This document shows, in pieces, positions 37,084 through 50,005 of a stretch of 64,000 bases of DNA. Both the position numbers and the translations under genes were made by a program. Every line of letters begins with the position of its first letter. The first letter of the stretch is position 1. Origin of the DNA: Octopus bimaculoides. Lineage: Eukaryota. Location of the stretch: the NCBI RefSeq assembly GCF_001194135.2, contig NC_068999.1, positions 23,671,336-23,735,335 of the forward strand, in the 5' to 3' direction. The notes below the pieces were generated by a model. That model saw nothing but the letters and a program-made list of their open reading frames with translations, had not been told where the DNA came from and searched no databases.

Positions 37084-38900
37084 TGTCTTTACCTTATTGA
37101 AATGTATGTTGCTGTATATTAAGTCTGTGAATAGTACTGGAATTGAGTTCTGACTGTGATAGAGAAATTCAGGTGACTTGCTTGGTTTCTTACTCGTTAT
37201 ATACTATTCTAGAACTACTGTTATTAACCTACCGTTGAACTCAAGCTAATGTTGGAAATACGAAGCCAAAGCTAATAGATAAAGTTATATCTATTGGGAA
37301 ATTCTATAAAATGTTGAATTATCTCAACACGCACACACATATAACGTTAGACTGTAGCTTGAATCATTTATGAAAACACAATATATTCTAAAATAGTATT
37401 AAAATTTATATAAAACTTCTTTGTTTTTCTACTACAGCGGTTATTAATCCATAATAATCTTCAGGTTTGTTATAATTAACTGATTTACTTTATAAGTAAA
37501 TTCCTATATTTGAAGTAAAATTTCACAGTTATATTGCAAATCAACTTCTCAATGAACTGTTTTGTTTTTTCTAACTTCCCAATATTGGAACCATAACCCT
37601 CACAGTGTATATAATAATGCATTATACAACCAGCACACACACTGGATATTGTTTTTTGACAAATTATTGAATATTAAAAAATATTTTATTTATTATTAAA
37701 TATAATAAAACTATTAGTTCTATTATATTTATAATCAGTTACTTCACATTTTAAATATTTTATTTAATCTCTATAAATATTCAAGTGATACTGTTAACGA
37801 AAATTGCAACCCTTCATTTTAGAAGTCTATTCCATATACCCTTTTAACAGCGCTTCCAAAATAAATATGATCTTGCCCTCTAAAAAATATGTTCGATCTG
37901 TAATTGCTTGTTTGTTCAATTTTGGAAGATTTTCCATATGATTTAGAGAAATATCTCTTCATAATCCTTCATTATGTCACTGTTGTTGACATAGAAAGTT
38001 TTTAAGTTTCCAATGCTTTCTCTTGCCATAGTTATTTTACTTGAAATTTTTCTGGTGTTGAACGATTTTGTTTTATATCCTCTCAAATTCTCTTGATTCC
38101 ATTAGAAGATATTTAATTAAATAAAATGTAATCTTATTTCATAAATAAATAAATTAAACACAATTTCCTAAATTTTCATTTTGATTAGTATCAATTAATA
38201 ATTAATATAAATCGAAATTTTTTTGATACATTTTATTTTTTAGAAGGTTTTATCAATTTAATATTCACAATTCTGTTTTAATTATAACAGCTATATAAGT
38301 ACATAACAGATATTTTGTATAAAGAAGAGTTTTATAATCTTCAAAACACTAAGACATAAACCAACTATTCTGGTATTCTTAACAAAATTAAAAGTGTAAA
38401 GTTGTATAAACTTTCCTTGTTTTATTGAAATTGGAAAATAGCTGAAATTTGTCCTAAGTGATGAGCTGTTTATTTTACAATCTACTTCTTAAAATCACTT
38501 CAGTTGATACTCCTAGGAAGTAAGTCATAAAATAAATAACACAATATTAAAAATAATTGACTTCTTTTGACTTTCAAATTTTCTTTTGTTCATCTGTCAA
38601 ACTAAGGTTTCCTTCATCTTCAACATCAAAATTCTGAAAAAACGAAAACCAAGGTAATATTGAATGATTTTTCAGGCAGAAAAGGTTGTTAAACAACTGT
38701 TGCAATTACTGGACAACAAAGTCCATCAGTGTTATATAGTTTAACTGAGAAAATATGATCTATTGGCTATACTATGAGAACTACAATATTGCTCAATGCA
38801 AGATATAATGTGTCACTTGTACATATGTATATGTGGCTTCCAAAATCAAATTAAGGGTACTGTTCCCATTGCTGATATTCTCTGTTGGTCAGAACAACAG
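37084..38900 (+). other. Probable SHANK 3' UTR
   Basis: AT-rich stretch after the stop with no recognisable SINE or microsatellite; AATAAA hexamers at ~37704, ~37860, ~38142 and ~38531. The true end is unknown. Confidence 0.5.
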
Positions 38901-39221
38901 ATAGATATCTCACTAATTTATTTTTCTTTCTGGTTACAAGAGTCAGGATTTGAATTCAGAATGCACAGTCAGAACAGATACTGCAAGGAATCCTGTCTAA
39001 TGCTCTGACAGTTTCACTAATTCATAGCTATATATATATAAAGGGGTTAAAATCCAAATTGTGTCCTTGTGAAGCACATCTGTGTATTCAAATAATGAAA
39101 TGTATGTATATGGATGTTTTATTATAAATGAGGCATACATACATACTAGTTGAAATTTCTGGTTAATCATATTTGCAGAATAAGTAAAATATACCGAACT
39201 TTCCAGTCTATTAAACACACA

Positions 39222-39440
39222 CATGGTAAGAAGCTTGCTTTCCAACCACATGGTTGCAGTTTCAGTCCCACTGTGTGAATATAAATATGTGTATGCTTGA
39301 CAACTGGTGTTGGTGTGTTTACATCACCATAATTTAGTGGTTCAGCAAGAGATACCAATAAGAATAAGTACTAGACTTTAAAAAGTCCTGTTCAACTAAA
39401 ACCTTTCAAAGCAGTGCCCCAGGATAGTTGCAGTCTGCAC
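39222..39440 (+). mobile_element. tRNA-derived SINE (family S1), internally deleted
   Basis: S1 head and tail with the middle missing. Confidence 0.65.
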
Positions 39441-40074
39441 ATGCATAGTGTATGTGATTTGTTTAACTGACCACTTACTGCAGGATGGTGTCCAGTAAAA
39501 GCTCCTTACATGACTCTGAGTGTTAAAAAACACCAAGTGCCCTACACCAGATGAGTCACTATCCCACAGCAAATGGGCATTTAAATGAAACACACAGCTT
39601 ACAGGCAATATTAATCATCTGTTCAATCAAAACAAATCTGGGGATAAACAACATATATTGTATCAAAGGAAGAAAGGCAGTGTTTATTTGTCTTTCCAGA
39701 AATTCAATAATAATATTCAGTTTGAACTTTTAAGGTCAGCTGATCAGAAGTGGGCTCTACAGACGAAGGACTGGGTGAAGTGGTTTATAGTAGGGGGAAA
39801 CAGAAATAGGTTAGGTAAATCAGATAAGTATTAAATTAAAATGGCAGGGGAAAAACGATTGGCTTCTTTATCTAGAAGATAGATTTTATTGGAAAATTGT
39901 CCAGAATACAAGTGAGTATGGATAATATTTTGACACACTCCAGTGTAGAAGAATCATGTACAGGATCAGCAGATGGTCTGAGTTGATGAACTTTCTGCTC
40001 TGACTAAAAACCCTTATCTTTTATGTTTGTCAAGAGAAATCTTAAGAGATAACAAAACCATTATATTTGGAGGA

Positions 40075-40250
40075 TGTACCAGTGACATGTAAAAGGAACT
40101 TGGTACACTGTAAAGTGGTTGGCATAAGGAAGGGCATCCAGCTGTAGAAACCAAAACATACTGGAGCCTGGTGCAGCTCTACAGCTTACCAGTTCCAGTC
40201 AAACAGTCCAACCCATGTCAGTATGGAAGACAGATGCTAAATGACGATAA
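40075..40250 (+). mobile_element. RTE 3' tail fragment
   Basis: GTAAAGTGGTTGGCATAAGGAAGGGCATCCAGCTG...CCCATGTCAGTATGGAAG. Confidence 0.6.
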
Positions 40251-40554
40251 TATATAATTGGATAGGTTTCAATGACTGAGTGATTCCATGCATAATGGAT
40301 AACAAACATATCCAACCCCTGACAGCTTAAAAAATATTTAAACGTTTGTTTTTTAGCTCTGGGCAATGCCTGATAAGTAGACTTATAGTGAAAGACAATC
40401 CAGCTATGATCATTCCATTTTTTTTCCATGAATAGTATATAAAATTATGCAGTGAAATTTGATATTTTTAGAACTGACCCTTCCTGTGAGAAAGGGAAAT
40501 TATTTTTCAGCTAAGAGAGGTTTGGAGTAAAGTAAAGTAGACACAGATTGTATA

Positions 40555-40768
40555 TTAACCCATTAGCATTTAAACTGGCCATATCTGGTCCAAATATTCT
40601 GTTTTATGACCAAACCAGCCTCTCACACCTATCATATAGTGTCATTTTAAAAATAAACAATCATATCATCAAAATCCCAAAGGTATGAGATAATGCATGA
40701 TTAATTCAAAATTATGTGAATAAATAAGTATTACATTAGACAGAATAATTTGAATGCTAAAAGGTTAG
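40555..40768 (+). mobile_element. piggyBac-like MITE
   Basis: TTAA|CCCATTAGCATT ... AATGCTAAAAGG|TTAG. Confidence 0.78.
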
Positions 40769-40799
40769 ATATATATTTAATGAATCACTGATGTAGGTG

Positions 40800-42620
40800 T
40801 GTAGACTGAGGTCACTGAACAGAGGTGACAAAATTAAGTGTAGTGGGTGGGGATTGTGATGTGTCAATGAAAGGAATATAATAGTAATCATGTACAAATA
40901 CAAATCAATAGACAGTGCTTAATAAAGAGCAGAGCAGTAGTGATAGTTCTGATGAAAATATACATTAGTTGGTTAATGACTAGAATGAAATGAGGTGAGA
41001 GAATTGTTTATTAAGGTTTATAGGTATAGGAGTGACAGGTATGATAAGTTACTTTGTTTTGTTCATGAGAATGGAGCAGATTGGTGGCCAGGTAAATTAG
41101 AACAGTGAGCTTCAGATTTTCCCTGAATGTGGTGGCAAATACTATGAAAATATTTGAGGAGGCCATTGCCTAAACAGAATTTTATTTTACATTATGTATA
41201 GCACATTACTGTGATTAAGTTGTTTACAGTAGATTAAGTTGACAGAAATGCAAAGTTTTGAATGATTTCATTTTAGGATTTTGGCTGTGGTCATGGTGTG
41301 TGAAGGTATCAGGCTGGATGGGGTTGTCACTGAGATTTTTTTCTCTTTTAAAGAAGTAGTGAAATAAAAAAATTGGTAAGGTTACAGGGTTGAAGAGTAG
41401 AAATTGTAAGCTATGTGTGAATTTTTAATTGGTAGAAGGTAAAAGAAAGGAAATTTGATCTGCAGATGTGGGCATGTCTCAAATGAATCTGGTAGCAAAG
41501 TGGGTGGTACTGCCTCCTTGAGGACAGTGGAAAGGTGCAAGGGGGCATTGAAGAAAAATGGAACAATAATGGGGTGGCGAAAAGGGGGTGATGTTTGTAA
41601 AAAGAAAGAAAAAAACAATGGATTGATTAGGTTAAGTTTTATTTGTGAAATACAATTATTTTGAATTTGTGGCAAAAAGTGGTCTATATTTGTGGTTTGG
41701 TGGTGAGTGGGGGGATTAGGAATGTCGGCTGGGTGCCAAGGGGGCAGCAGCCTGTAAAAGTTTGGAAATCACTGGCATAGATGACAGTTCTGGCTCAGTG
41801 AAGTACAGCCATCTGCAGAAATGTTACATCTCTGATTTAGAGTGGAAGTGAAGACTCTTTGCTACACATCAGTGAAGACGGAGGAATTGGGAGATGAAGA
41901 TAATGGATTTGGTATATGCAGGGTTACATCAAGAATCATTGGAATAATGTACTTGTAAGTATATACAGATAAATGATGCCAATAGTAATAAAGATGTCTT
42001 GGCAGAAGTATCAGATACAGTGGAAATTAATACCACTGCAGAGTGAAATGTCTTCATGTAGATAAAACAGTTTACTTCAGCTCTTATAAAAGAGGGAGCA
42101 TAAGTGCAGTTATCAATTTAGCAATCTTGGAACTTGGAGGTAGGCTCAATGCATTAAGCAAAAATTTAGGCCTTGATATGATCTACAGAGAAATTTACAT
42201 AGTTAAGTGCCCACTGTTAACCCAGATTTTGTGCAGGTAAAAATTTGTAGAAAAGGAGAAACTGAGCGTGAGAATGAGTTCAACTAAGCTGAGGTTGGGG
42301 TAGTGCTGGGTTGGAATAGGATAAGGCAGTATTTTAAAACTGATAGGTTGCCATTACACGGGACAAATGTAAATAGAGATTTCAAGTCTATGGTAAAAAG
42401 GAAGTTTTGAGAATTTAGGGGCAAATGAGACAGTATTGATGAGGTTTAGAACATAGTTGGTATTATTAATGTAATGATGTACCTTAGACTACATAATCCA
42501 ATGTGTTCTAGCAGTTTAATAGATAATGGTTTCTGATATTTGCACAAATAAAACAAAGTACAGCCAACCACCATACATTGTTAGTAAAACGTACCAGCCT
42601 TTCACTAAGTATTGTAAGTG
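40800..42620 (-). mobile_element. Penelope-like element remnant 3 (RT, degraded GIY-YIG)
   Basis: Minus strand: FLFTIDLKSLFT.VP.NG.L.VLKY, LSLVELILTL.FSF...Y and PAYTKSII.ISQFLRL, all Penelope-type RT motifs; many stops and frameshifts. Confidence 0.7.
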
Positions 42621-42639
42621 TTTATAGAGTTGTAAGAAG

Positions 42640-42965
42640 ACAAAATTGGCAGAGCTGTTAGAGCATTGGATAGAATGCTTCATCTTTATTCCAACTTTAC
42701 CTTACATCCTTTCAGGAGCAGTAAAAAAAAAAGTACCTATCCTGGGCAGCAGACAAACAGAACTGTAAACATGTTGGATAGGATGCCTTATTGATACACT
42801 GGACAAAATTTCATCCATCTTTAATTCTGAATTCAAATTCTGTCAAAATCAACCTTACCTTTTATCCTTTCAAGGTTGATGAAATAAGTACCAGCTGAGA
42901 ATTGGGGTTGGTGTAATTGACTAACCACGCCCCTAAAATTTCAGGCTTAATGCTTATTGTAGAAA
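42640..42965 (+). mobile_element. SINE family S3 (rearranged)
   Basis: S3 head appears twice, followed by one body and tail. Confidence 0.55.
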
Positions 42966-43704
42966 GACTTATTTACTTTATTGCTCAAATATTTTTTCTC
43001 TCAACTCAGTCAAAAGCACAGAAATATTTATTGTATAAATTTGAGAGAGCTAGATTGCATGTAATTTGAAATAATCTAAACTGCATTTCTTTCTCTAAAG
43101 ATAACTTAAGAAATGCATATGGAATCAAAACTAAAATAATGTGAAATTGAGAGTAGTAACTAACAGAATGTATAAGAAACAGATGTTCCTCCAGGCACCA
43201 AGCTGCACAAATTAACTTCTTACTATTAGTTCCATTTTAGTTTTGTGTAATTATTGTTATGATTCAATTTCTAAATACTTTATCATTTATTTAAAACAGA
43301 AATTCTCTAGATTCTTTGCAATATCTAGCTCTACTGGAGTTAAATTTGCATATCATGCTTCTACTAGAAGTGTTGCTAACAAAAAATTCATGTGAGCCAT
43401 TTACATTTATCCCCTACAAAAAAAAAAAAAAAGCAGCCTTCTTTTCTAATCAAAATAAATCATTTTAATTTTGAAATATTCTAATTATCTTACCTCCAGT
43501 TCTCTCATCACTTTATCAAGAAAGTCAGTTGTGTTTAGTTTATATCCAACTGCAGCTTCAATTGCATCTGTAAAAAGCTAAAAAATAAAAAAAGCAATAA
43601 GATTCTGAGTTTAAGATGTAGAAAAATTGCTTTTACACAGAAATGTTATTTTGGGAATATTAAGGGCCTTCCTCTTATTATTATTATCACCATCATCATC
43701 ATTA

Positions 43705-43895
43705 ATACACTGGACAAAATGCTTAGCAGCATTTCATCCATCCTTATGCTCTGAGTTCAAATTCTGCCAAAGTCAACTTTACCTTTTAGTTGTGGGGTGG
43801 AATTGATAAAATAAGTACCGATTGAGCACTGGGGTTGATGTAATTGCCTAACCCCATCCCTCCAAAAATTTCAGGCCTTATACCTATAGTAGAAA
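43705..43895 (+). mobile_element. SINE family S3
   Basis: GGACAAAATGCTTAGCAGCATTTC...GATAAAATAAGTACC...CAAAAATTTCAGGCC. Confidence 0.65.
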
Positions 43896-44301
43896 GAATG
43901 GGAGTGTACCAAATATGAGAGCCTTCTGCAGGATTGCAGGGAGAATGGATGGCAGGTATGGCTTTTCCCAGTTGAGGCTGGCTTTTGGGGATTCCCTGTT
44001 CAGTCGGCATGGAGGATACTTACAGCCACTGGAATGAGAGGAAAGGAGCAAAGGGTGGCTGTGCACAGGATGGGAGAAGCAGCTTAAAGAGCTTCTAGTT
44101 GGCTTTGGAGCAAGAATGAGGAGTTAAGCTGGAAGCCAAGAGGAGCAGTGACTTGGCCACCTCTGCTGACCCACCAATGGGAGGGTGTTATGGTTCAGGG
44201 TTGAAACACCCAATGAACATTGAATACCATCTGTTCCTCCTGGCTAAAGTTCTGTTCACTTTGGTGAATGGAAAAAGCACCTCCTTATGGTGTTATTAAC
44301 A

Positions 44302-44302
<1 letters not shown>

Positions 44303-44348
<46 letters not shown>
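44303..44348. repeat. (ATT)n microsatellite
   Basis: Direct reading. Confidence 0.95.
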
Positions 44349-44540
44349 GTGCTTCTCATAGTGTAAAAATGTCTTTTCCATCTCTCTCTGAAACATAACT
44401 TTATTTAAGCACTATCAAGTGAAAATTTTTTGGAGAGTGCCTGGTGTAAAATTTTATCTGAAAACAATTTACCCCAATACCTAGGAGTAGACCCGCCCCC
44501 ACTCCTCAGATGGATTGCTTTTATATACTTTATTCATACT

Positions 44541-44985
44541 NNNNNNNNNNNNNNNNNNNNNNNNNNNNNNNNNNNNNNNNNNNNNNNNNNNNNNNNNNNN
44601 NNNNNNNNNNNNNNNNNNNNNNNNNNNNNNNNNNNNNNNNNNNNNNNNNNNNNNNNNNNNNNNNNNNNNNNNNNNNNNNNNNNNNNNNNNNNNNNNNNNN
44701 NNNNNNNNNNNNNNNNNNNNNNNNNNNNNNNNNNNNNNNNNNNNNNNNNNNNNNNNNNNNNNNNNNNNNNNNNNNNNNNNNNNNNNNNNNNNNNNNNNNN
44801 NNNNNNNNNNNNNNNNNNNNNNNNNNNNNNNNNNNNNNNNNNNNNNNNNNNNNNNNNNNNNNNNNNNNNNNNNNNNNNNNNNNNNNNNNNNNNNNNNNNN
44901 NNNNNNNNNNNNNNNNNNNNNNNNNNNNNNNNNNNNNNNNNNNNNNNNNNNNNNNNNNNNNNNNNNNNNNNNNNNNNNNNNNNNA
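44541..44985. other. Assembly gap (N run); smaller gaps at 501-521, 9244-9253, 13657-13666, 24458-24467 and 31164-31269
   Basis: N characters in the sequence. Confidence 1.
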
Positions 44986-45104
44986 AACAATAATGAATAA
45001 TGCAAAAATATATTTATTTATAAAGTTTAAACTGAACATGATATGAAATATATTTATTTATAAAGTTTAAACTGAATTTCATTTGTTGTGGACGAGTGAT
45101 AGAT

Positions 45105-45141
<37 letters not shown>

Positions 45142-46794
45142 TAGCTCCGGCCAGTCAGTAGCCAAAGAAACAGATTTCAACTCAAACCAGCAGTAACATT
45201 CCTTGTTTGGATTTTTCTACTTTCATTTCTGACAGCTAATACCATGACAGTGCCAAAAAAGATGATGGCCATTGAAGCATCAATTAGAACAAACACAACA
45301 TGAAATTTCAGAAGAAATTCTCTCATTTGAAAAGAACAAAGTTAAAGTACTGTCTGCTTCACTTTCAAGAATGAAAACTTAGCGAAAACACTAGCTGAAA
45401 TTGTTAGAAATACCTCTGTACATGTACTTTACCTCGGTCTATGAGGGAAAGAAATACAAAGGTGATGAGAAAGAACATTAGAAATGATGTGGATCCATAG
45501 CTGGTGGTTACTTTTGTACTGCAGATGGATGGATGGTTAGAACTCATCTGAGAAGCAACATGTTCATTGGGTGTCAAAATGGATTCGTAAGACCTAATGG
45601 TCTCCAAAGGCCACAGGGCCATACCAGAGTTGTGCTGAGTTGAGGGCACTAAGACAAAAAGGTATGAGACAAATGGTGCAAGGGAAAAGGCCTTGTTGCT
45701 GCCTATGTTGTTGAAGAACAGGGAAAATTAGGATTGAAAACAGCAGAGATCAACAAAAGCAGCAATCCCTAGTTTCAAGAGTGCCATCAGTCATAATTGC
45801 AGGAATAGCAAAGGAGATCATCTCATGCCTAGTCATAGAAACAAATGGACTGACTCCCGATCCCATAAGGATAGCAGCCAGTAGCCCCACTCCATTGCAT
45901 GAAGAGGGAGAGATAATGGTTACAAAAAAGAAAGTCATCAGCAGCCTCTTTAAAATAATAATGATGGCCCTCCTCAGAGCAAAGAATGAAATCAATGAAA
46001 AGGAAGACAATGAGTAAACCAACAGCTAATAGACAAAATCACATACTTATGGTGCCATAGATATTCCATTGATGTTAAAATGACAGAGGTGCAGTTGGGT
46101 TGGGATATATAGGAGAAACACAAAGGACAGATTGTTGGTTAAAACAATACAGAAATTTCAACAAACTGAAACAGTGTTATCCTGAAGACTTGGATTATTA
46201 TCTATCCCAACCAACTCAAAAAAAAAAAAAAAAAGAAGAAAAGCCATTAATAAGTGCCTTCAGATGAAAAAGACAGTAGTACAAATAATGGTAGGCAGAT
46301 AGAGGCTCTAGCTCAATCTACCCACTAGTTTTCTCCTCCAAGTGTGGATGAGAACTCAAAATAATTTTTTTGTTTTATTTCCTTTTAATCATTAACTATA
46401 TCATTTTAATTATTGTGTGTTTTATTATGCATCTTTATTTATTCCATGTAAATATTTATGCTTTATAAATTTTCAATTCATCCGCTGATGAAAGATGTTA
46501 TCCATGGTAACGTCTTTCACCCCCTCCCTCATCTTTGTATAACTTATCCATCCCACCTCACATATCTTTGTAAATACTGTTTAACACTTCTTTGTTTATT
46601 TGTGTATCACTTTAAGCCCTTGTTGCTAATAAAGAAAAAATTATCTTATTATTGCTGTTGTTTTTGTCGTTATAGTATAAGGTGGAATAGCAAATGATGA
46701 TGTCTGTCCTATTTTGAGAGCGTTAGTTAAGTGAATTAACTTCAATCTGGCACGGAAATTACATGCTTCTTGGTCAGAGAGAAATTTGGTTTCA

Positions 46795-48110
46795 TCATCA
46801 TTATCATTTAACTGAAATAGGTTGGATGGTTTGACCAGGGCTGGAAGGCTGAACCAGACTCCAGTCTGTTTTGGCATGTTTTCTACAGCTGGATGCCCTT
46901 CCTAATGCCAGCCACTCCAAGAGTGTAATGAGTGCTTTTACATGCCACTGGCATGGATACCATTTGCATGACACTGGTATCTGCCACAACTGCAGTTTTA
47001 CTTGGCTTAATGGGTCTTCTTCTCCAGCACAACATAATGCCAAATGGTCTTGCTCCTTGCCTCCATGAGGACCAACGCTCAAAAGGTGCTTTTACAGGCT
47101 ACTGGCACAAGTGCCATTTGCATGACACTGGTATCTGTCATAACTATGATTTTACTTGGCTTTATGGGTCTTCTTCTTAAGCACAACATAATGCCAAAGG
47201 TCTCAGTCATTGCCTCTGTGAGGCCCAACATTCAAAAGGAGCTCAACCACATCGCCTCCATGAGGCTCAATGCTCGAAAGGTGCTTTTTACATGTCACCT
47301 GCATGGGTGCCGGTGATTTCATTTGGCTTGATGGGTCTTCTCAAGCACAGCATATTGCCAAAGGTCTCAGTCAGTAGTCAATGCCTCTGTGAGGCCCATA
47401 GTTTGGAGATCATGCTTCACTACCTCATCCCATGTTTTCCTGGGTCTACCTCTAACACAGGTTCCCTCCACAGTTAGCGATCGGCACTTCTTTACACAGC
47501 TGTCCTCATTCATACACATTGCATGACCATACCAGCGCATTCGTCTCTCTTGCACACCACATCTGATTCCTCTTATGCCTAACTTTTCTTTCAAGATGCT
47601 TAAACTTTGTTGAACATGCGCACTGACATTGCACATCCAGCAAAGCTTCATTTGTTTCAAGTCTACACATGTCCTCAGCTGTCACAGCCCATGTTTCACT
47701 GTCATGTAGCATAGCTGTTCACACACAGGCATCATACAATCAGCCTTTCACTCTGAGAGAGAAGCCCTTTGTTGCTAGCAGAAGCAGGAGCTCTTTAAAC
47801 TTTGCCTAGCCTAATCTTACTCTCACAGCTATGCTCTCGGAGCATCCACCTCTGCTACTAACTTGATCACTTAGGTAATGGAAGCCATCTACTACCTCTA
47901 GCTTATCCCCATGGCAGTTGATGGAGTCTATTTTCTGTACATTTTCGGTGATTATTGCATTTACCACACACAAGAGCTGTTTTTCCCTGTTAACCTTCCT
48001 CTGATATTTCTGCATCTTTTATGTGGCCAAACCTTACACCGGGTGCATCTTACAGAGTTTCTACTTATACCATTTCTACAGATCAAGCAGGACCATCTTC
48101 CTGAAGGAAG
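46795..48110 (-). mobile_element. 5'-truncated RTE-clade LINE (ORF C-terminus, 3' UTR, (GAT)n tail)
   Basis: ORFs 47961..48170, 47806..48015, 47506..47712 and 47367..47660 give WSCLIC..CTRC..H..C, LEVVDGFHYLSD, MLHDSETWA, MRWYGH and GRPRKTWDEVV. Confidence 0.88.
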
Positions 48111-48208
48111 AGAGATAATAACTGGCCCCATGCATCCTTCTGATTTGGAAAAGGAGAAATATTGCTGCAAACAATTAACAAGTTTTCAGTTTTACTCATT
48201 TATTTATT

Positions 48209-50005
48209 GAAACCTGGAATCAAAAGGTCTTAAAGTTAACTTAGCAAAGACTAAGGTCCTAGTAAGCAAGAAATCAGACAGGACCTTACCCACTTCAGGT
48301 AATTGGCTTTGCTTGATATGTAGGAAAGGTGTAGGCAGGAATTCCATTCAGTGTACCCAGTGCAAGCTATGGACACACAAGAAGTGTAGTGGAATAGTTT
48401 GGCAGAGAAAGTAGTGTTCATATGTGGAAGATTTACAGGAACCATAAAGACTATTGACACACAGGGAACTAATTTCCTCAAATGTCCCAGAGACGCTTTA
48501 TCAGTAGTAGATAATTTCTGCTACTTGGGTGACCTAATTAGCGGTGGAGGAGGTTGTATGGAAAGTGTAATTACTAGGATAAGAATAGGATGGAGAAAGA
48601 TCAAAGAGATTCCACCTCTGCTGTCAACCAAAGGTCTTTCCAAGTAAAAGGAAGGTTGTATGATGAATGTATGTGAACAGCAATGCTACATGGTAGTGAG
48701 ACATGGGCCCTGAATGCAGAGGACATATGAAGACTAGAGAGGAATGAAGCTAGTATGTTCCACTCGTTATGCAATGTCAATGTACATGTGTGACAAAGTG
48801 TTAGTGTATTCAAAGAAAAATAAAGCCTAAGAGGAAGCAGATGCAGTGTGCAAGAGTGAAGACTGCACTGGTTTGGTCATGTGATGCATATGCATGAGGA
48901 CAGTTGCATAAAGAAGGGTTAACAACTTAAAATGGAGTGAAGTTGTGGAAGAAGGAGACCCAGGAAGACCTGGGACAAAGTATTGAAGGCTGATCTCAAA
49001 ATGCAGGAAATGATAAAGGACCAAAATATCTGGCACTTTGCTGAACTGAAGAAGATCCACCCACCACAACATATATCTTGAAACTACCTTGGTAATGCAT
49101 GTCCATGAGGGGCTCTGCTCCATCAACCTTCTTCCCCCACCCACATTTCATCTCCTAACACTCATCACCTCCTCTATGACTTGGGAGCAGAATAGGCACA
49201 CACTACATCACCTGACTTTCTCACTTACATTTCCTCCTCCCAGTTAGCTATCTTCCCTGATCTACTGTCTCCACCAATCACCTCCTTTCTGCACCTTCTC
49301 TCCCCTCCCTGTGCTGCTTTCAGTCATTACCTCCAAGCTTACCTGTTATCACTCTCAATGCCCTCACATATCCGTTGAACCCCCTGCTGAGTCTCTCCTA
49401 TATCCCACTCCGATCATTTGTTACAGTCACCTTGTCTTGCACACTCACCCAGCTCAATCTTCTATATCACCCCACCTATTCTCACCACCCCCAAAGTCCC
49501 TTGAGGGCATGTCCCGACACATCTCCACCATCATCTCTCTCACTATCACTCTCTTTATCTTCCTCTCCAACTCACTCTCCTTTGTTTTCCAGCTGGGGTA
49601 TCCATGTATCTATTCTACAGCAAGATGCCTATCCTTATCTCTCTATGCCTTTAATCTCTCAACTGCTATAATGTCACACCCCTTCAATACTACTCCTTCT
49701 CCTGCCTCCCATTTGAGATGATTTTGTTGTGCAAGGTGTTTGGTGACCTTGTTGGTGCTGATATCATGTAAAAAGCAATGGCATTGGTGTCATGTAAAAA
49801 GTACTGGCGATCATGCCACATAAAAAGTACTCGGTGCACTCTGTAAAGTGGTTGGCATTAGGAAGGGCTTCCGGCTATAGAAACCATGCCAAAACAGACA
49901 ATGGAACCTGGTGCAGCTCCTGGCCTTGCCAGCTCCTGTCAAACCATCCAACCCATACCAACATGGAGAATAGATACTAAATTATGATGATGATGATGAT
50001 GATGA
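48209..50005 (+). mobile_element. 5'-truncated RTE-clade LINE of a second subfamily (C-rich insert in the 3' UTR)
   Basis: NLESKGLKVNLAKTKVL, WLCLIC..CTQC..HKKC, VVDNFCYLGD, GW.K.KEI.PLL, HGSETWAL and RRPRKTWDKV, then the RTE tail and (GAT)n at ~49985-50005. Confidence 0.88.

Noticed and set aside
43900-44300. GC-richer island after an S3 SINE
   Set aside because: No recognisable ORF, termini or structure; left unassigned.
44430-45046. ORFs of 160-187 aa
   Set aside because: Artefacts of the N gap.
45004-45076. 31-bp tandem duplication next to the large gap
   Set aside because: Adjacent to a scaffold gap, so it may be an assembly artefact.
45400-46030. Coding-looking stretch with ORFs 45750..46022 (-) and 45781..46017 (+)
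   Set aside because: Probably a mobile-element fragment, but I recognise no motif and there is no splice or domain support.
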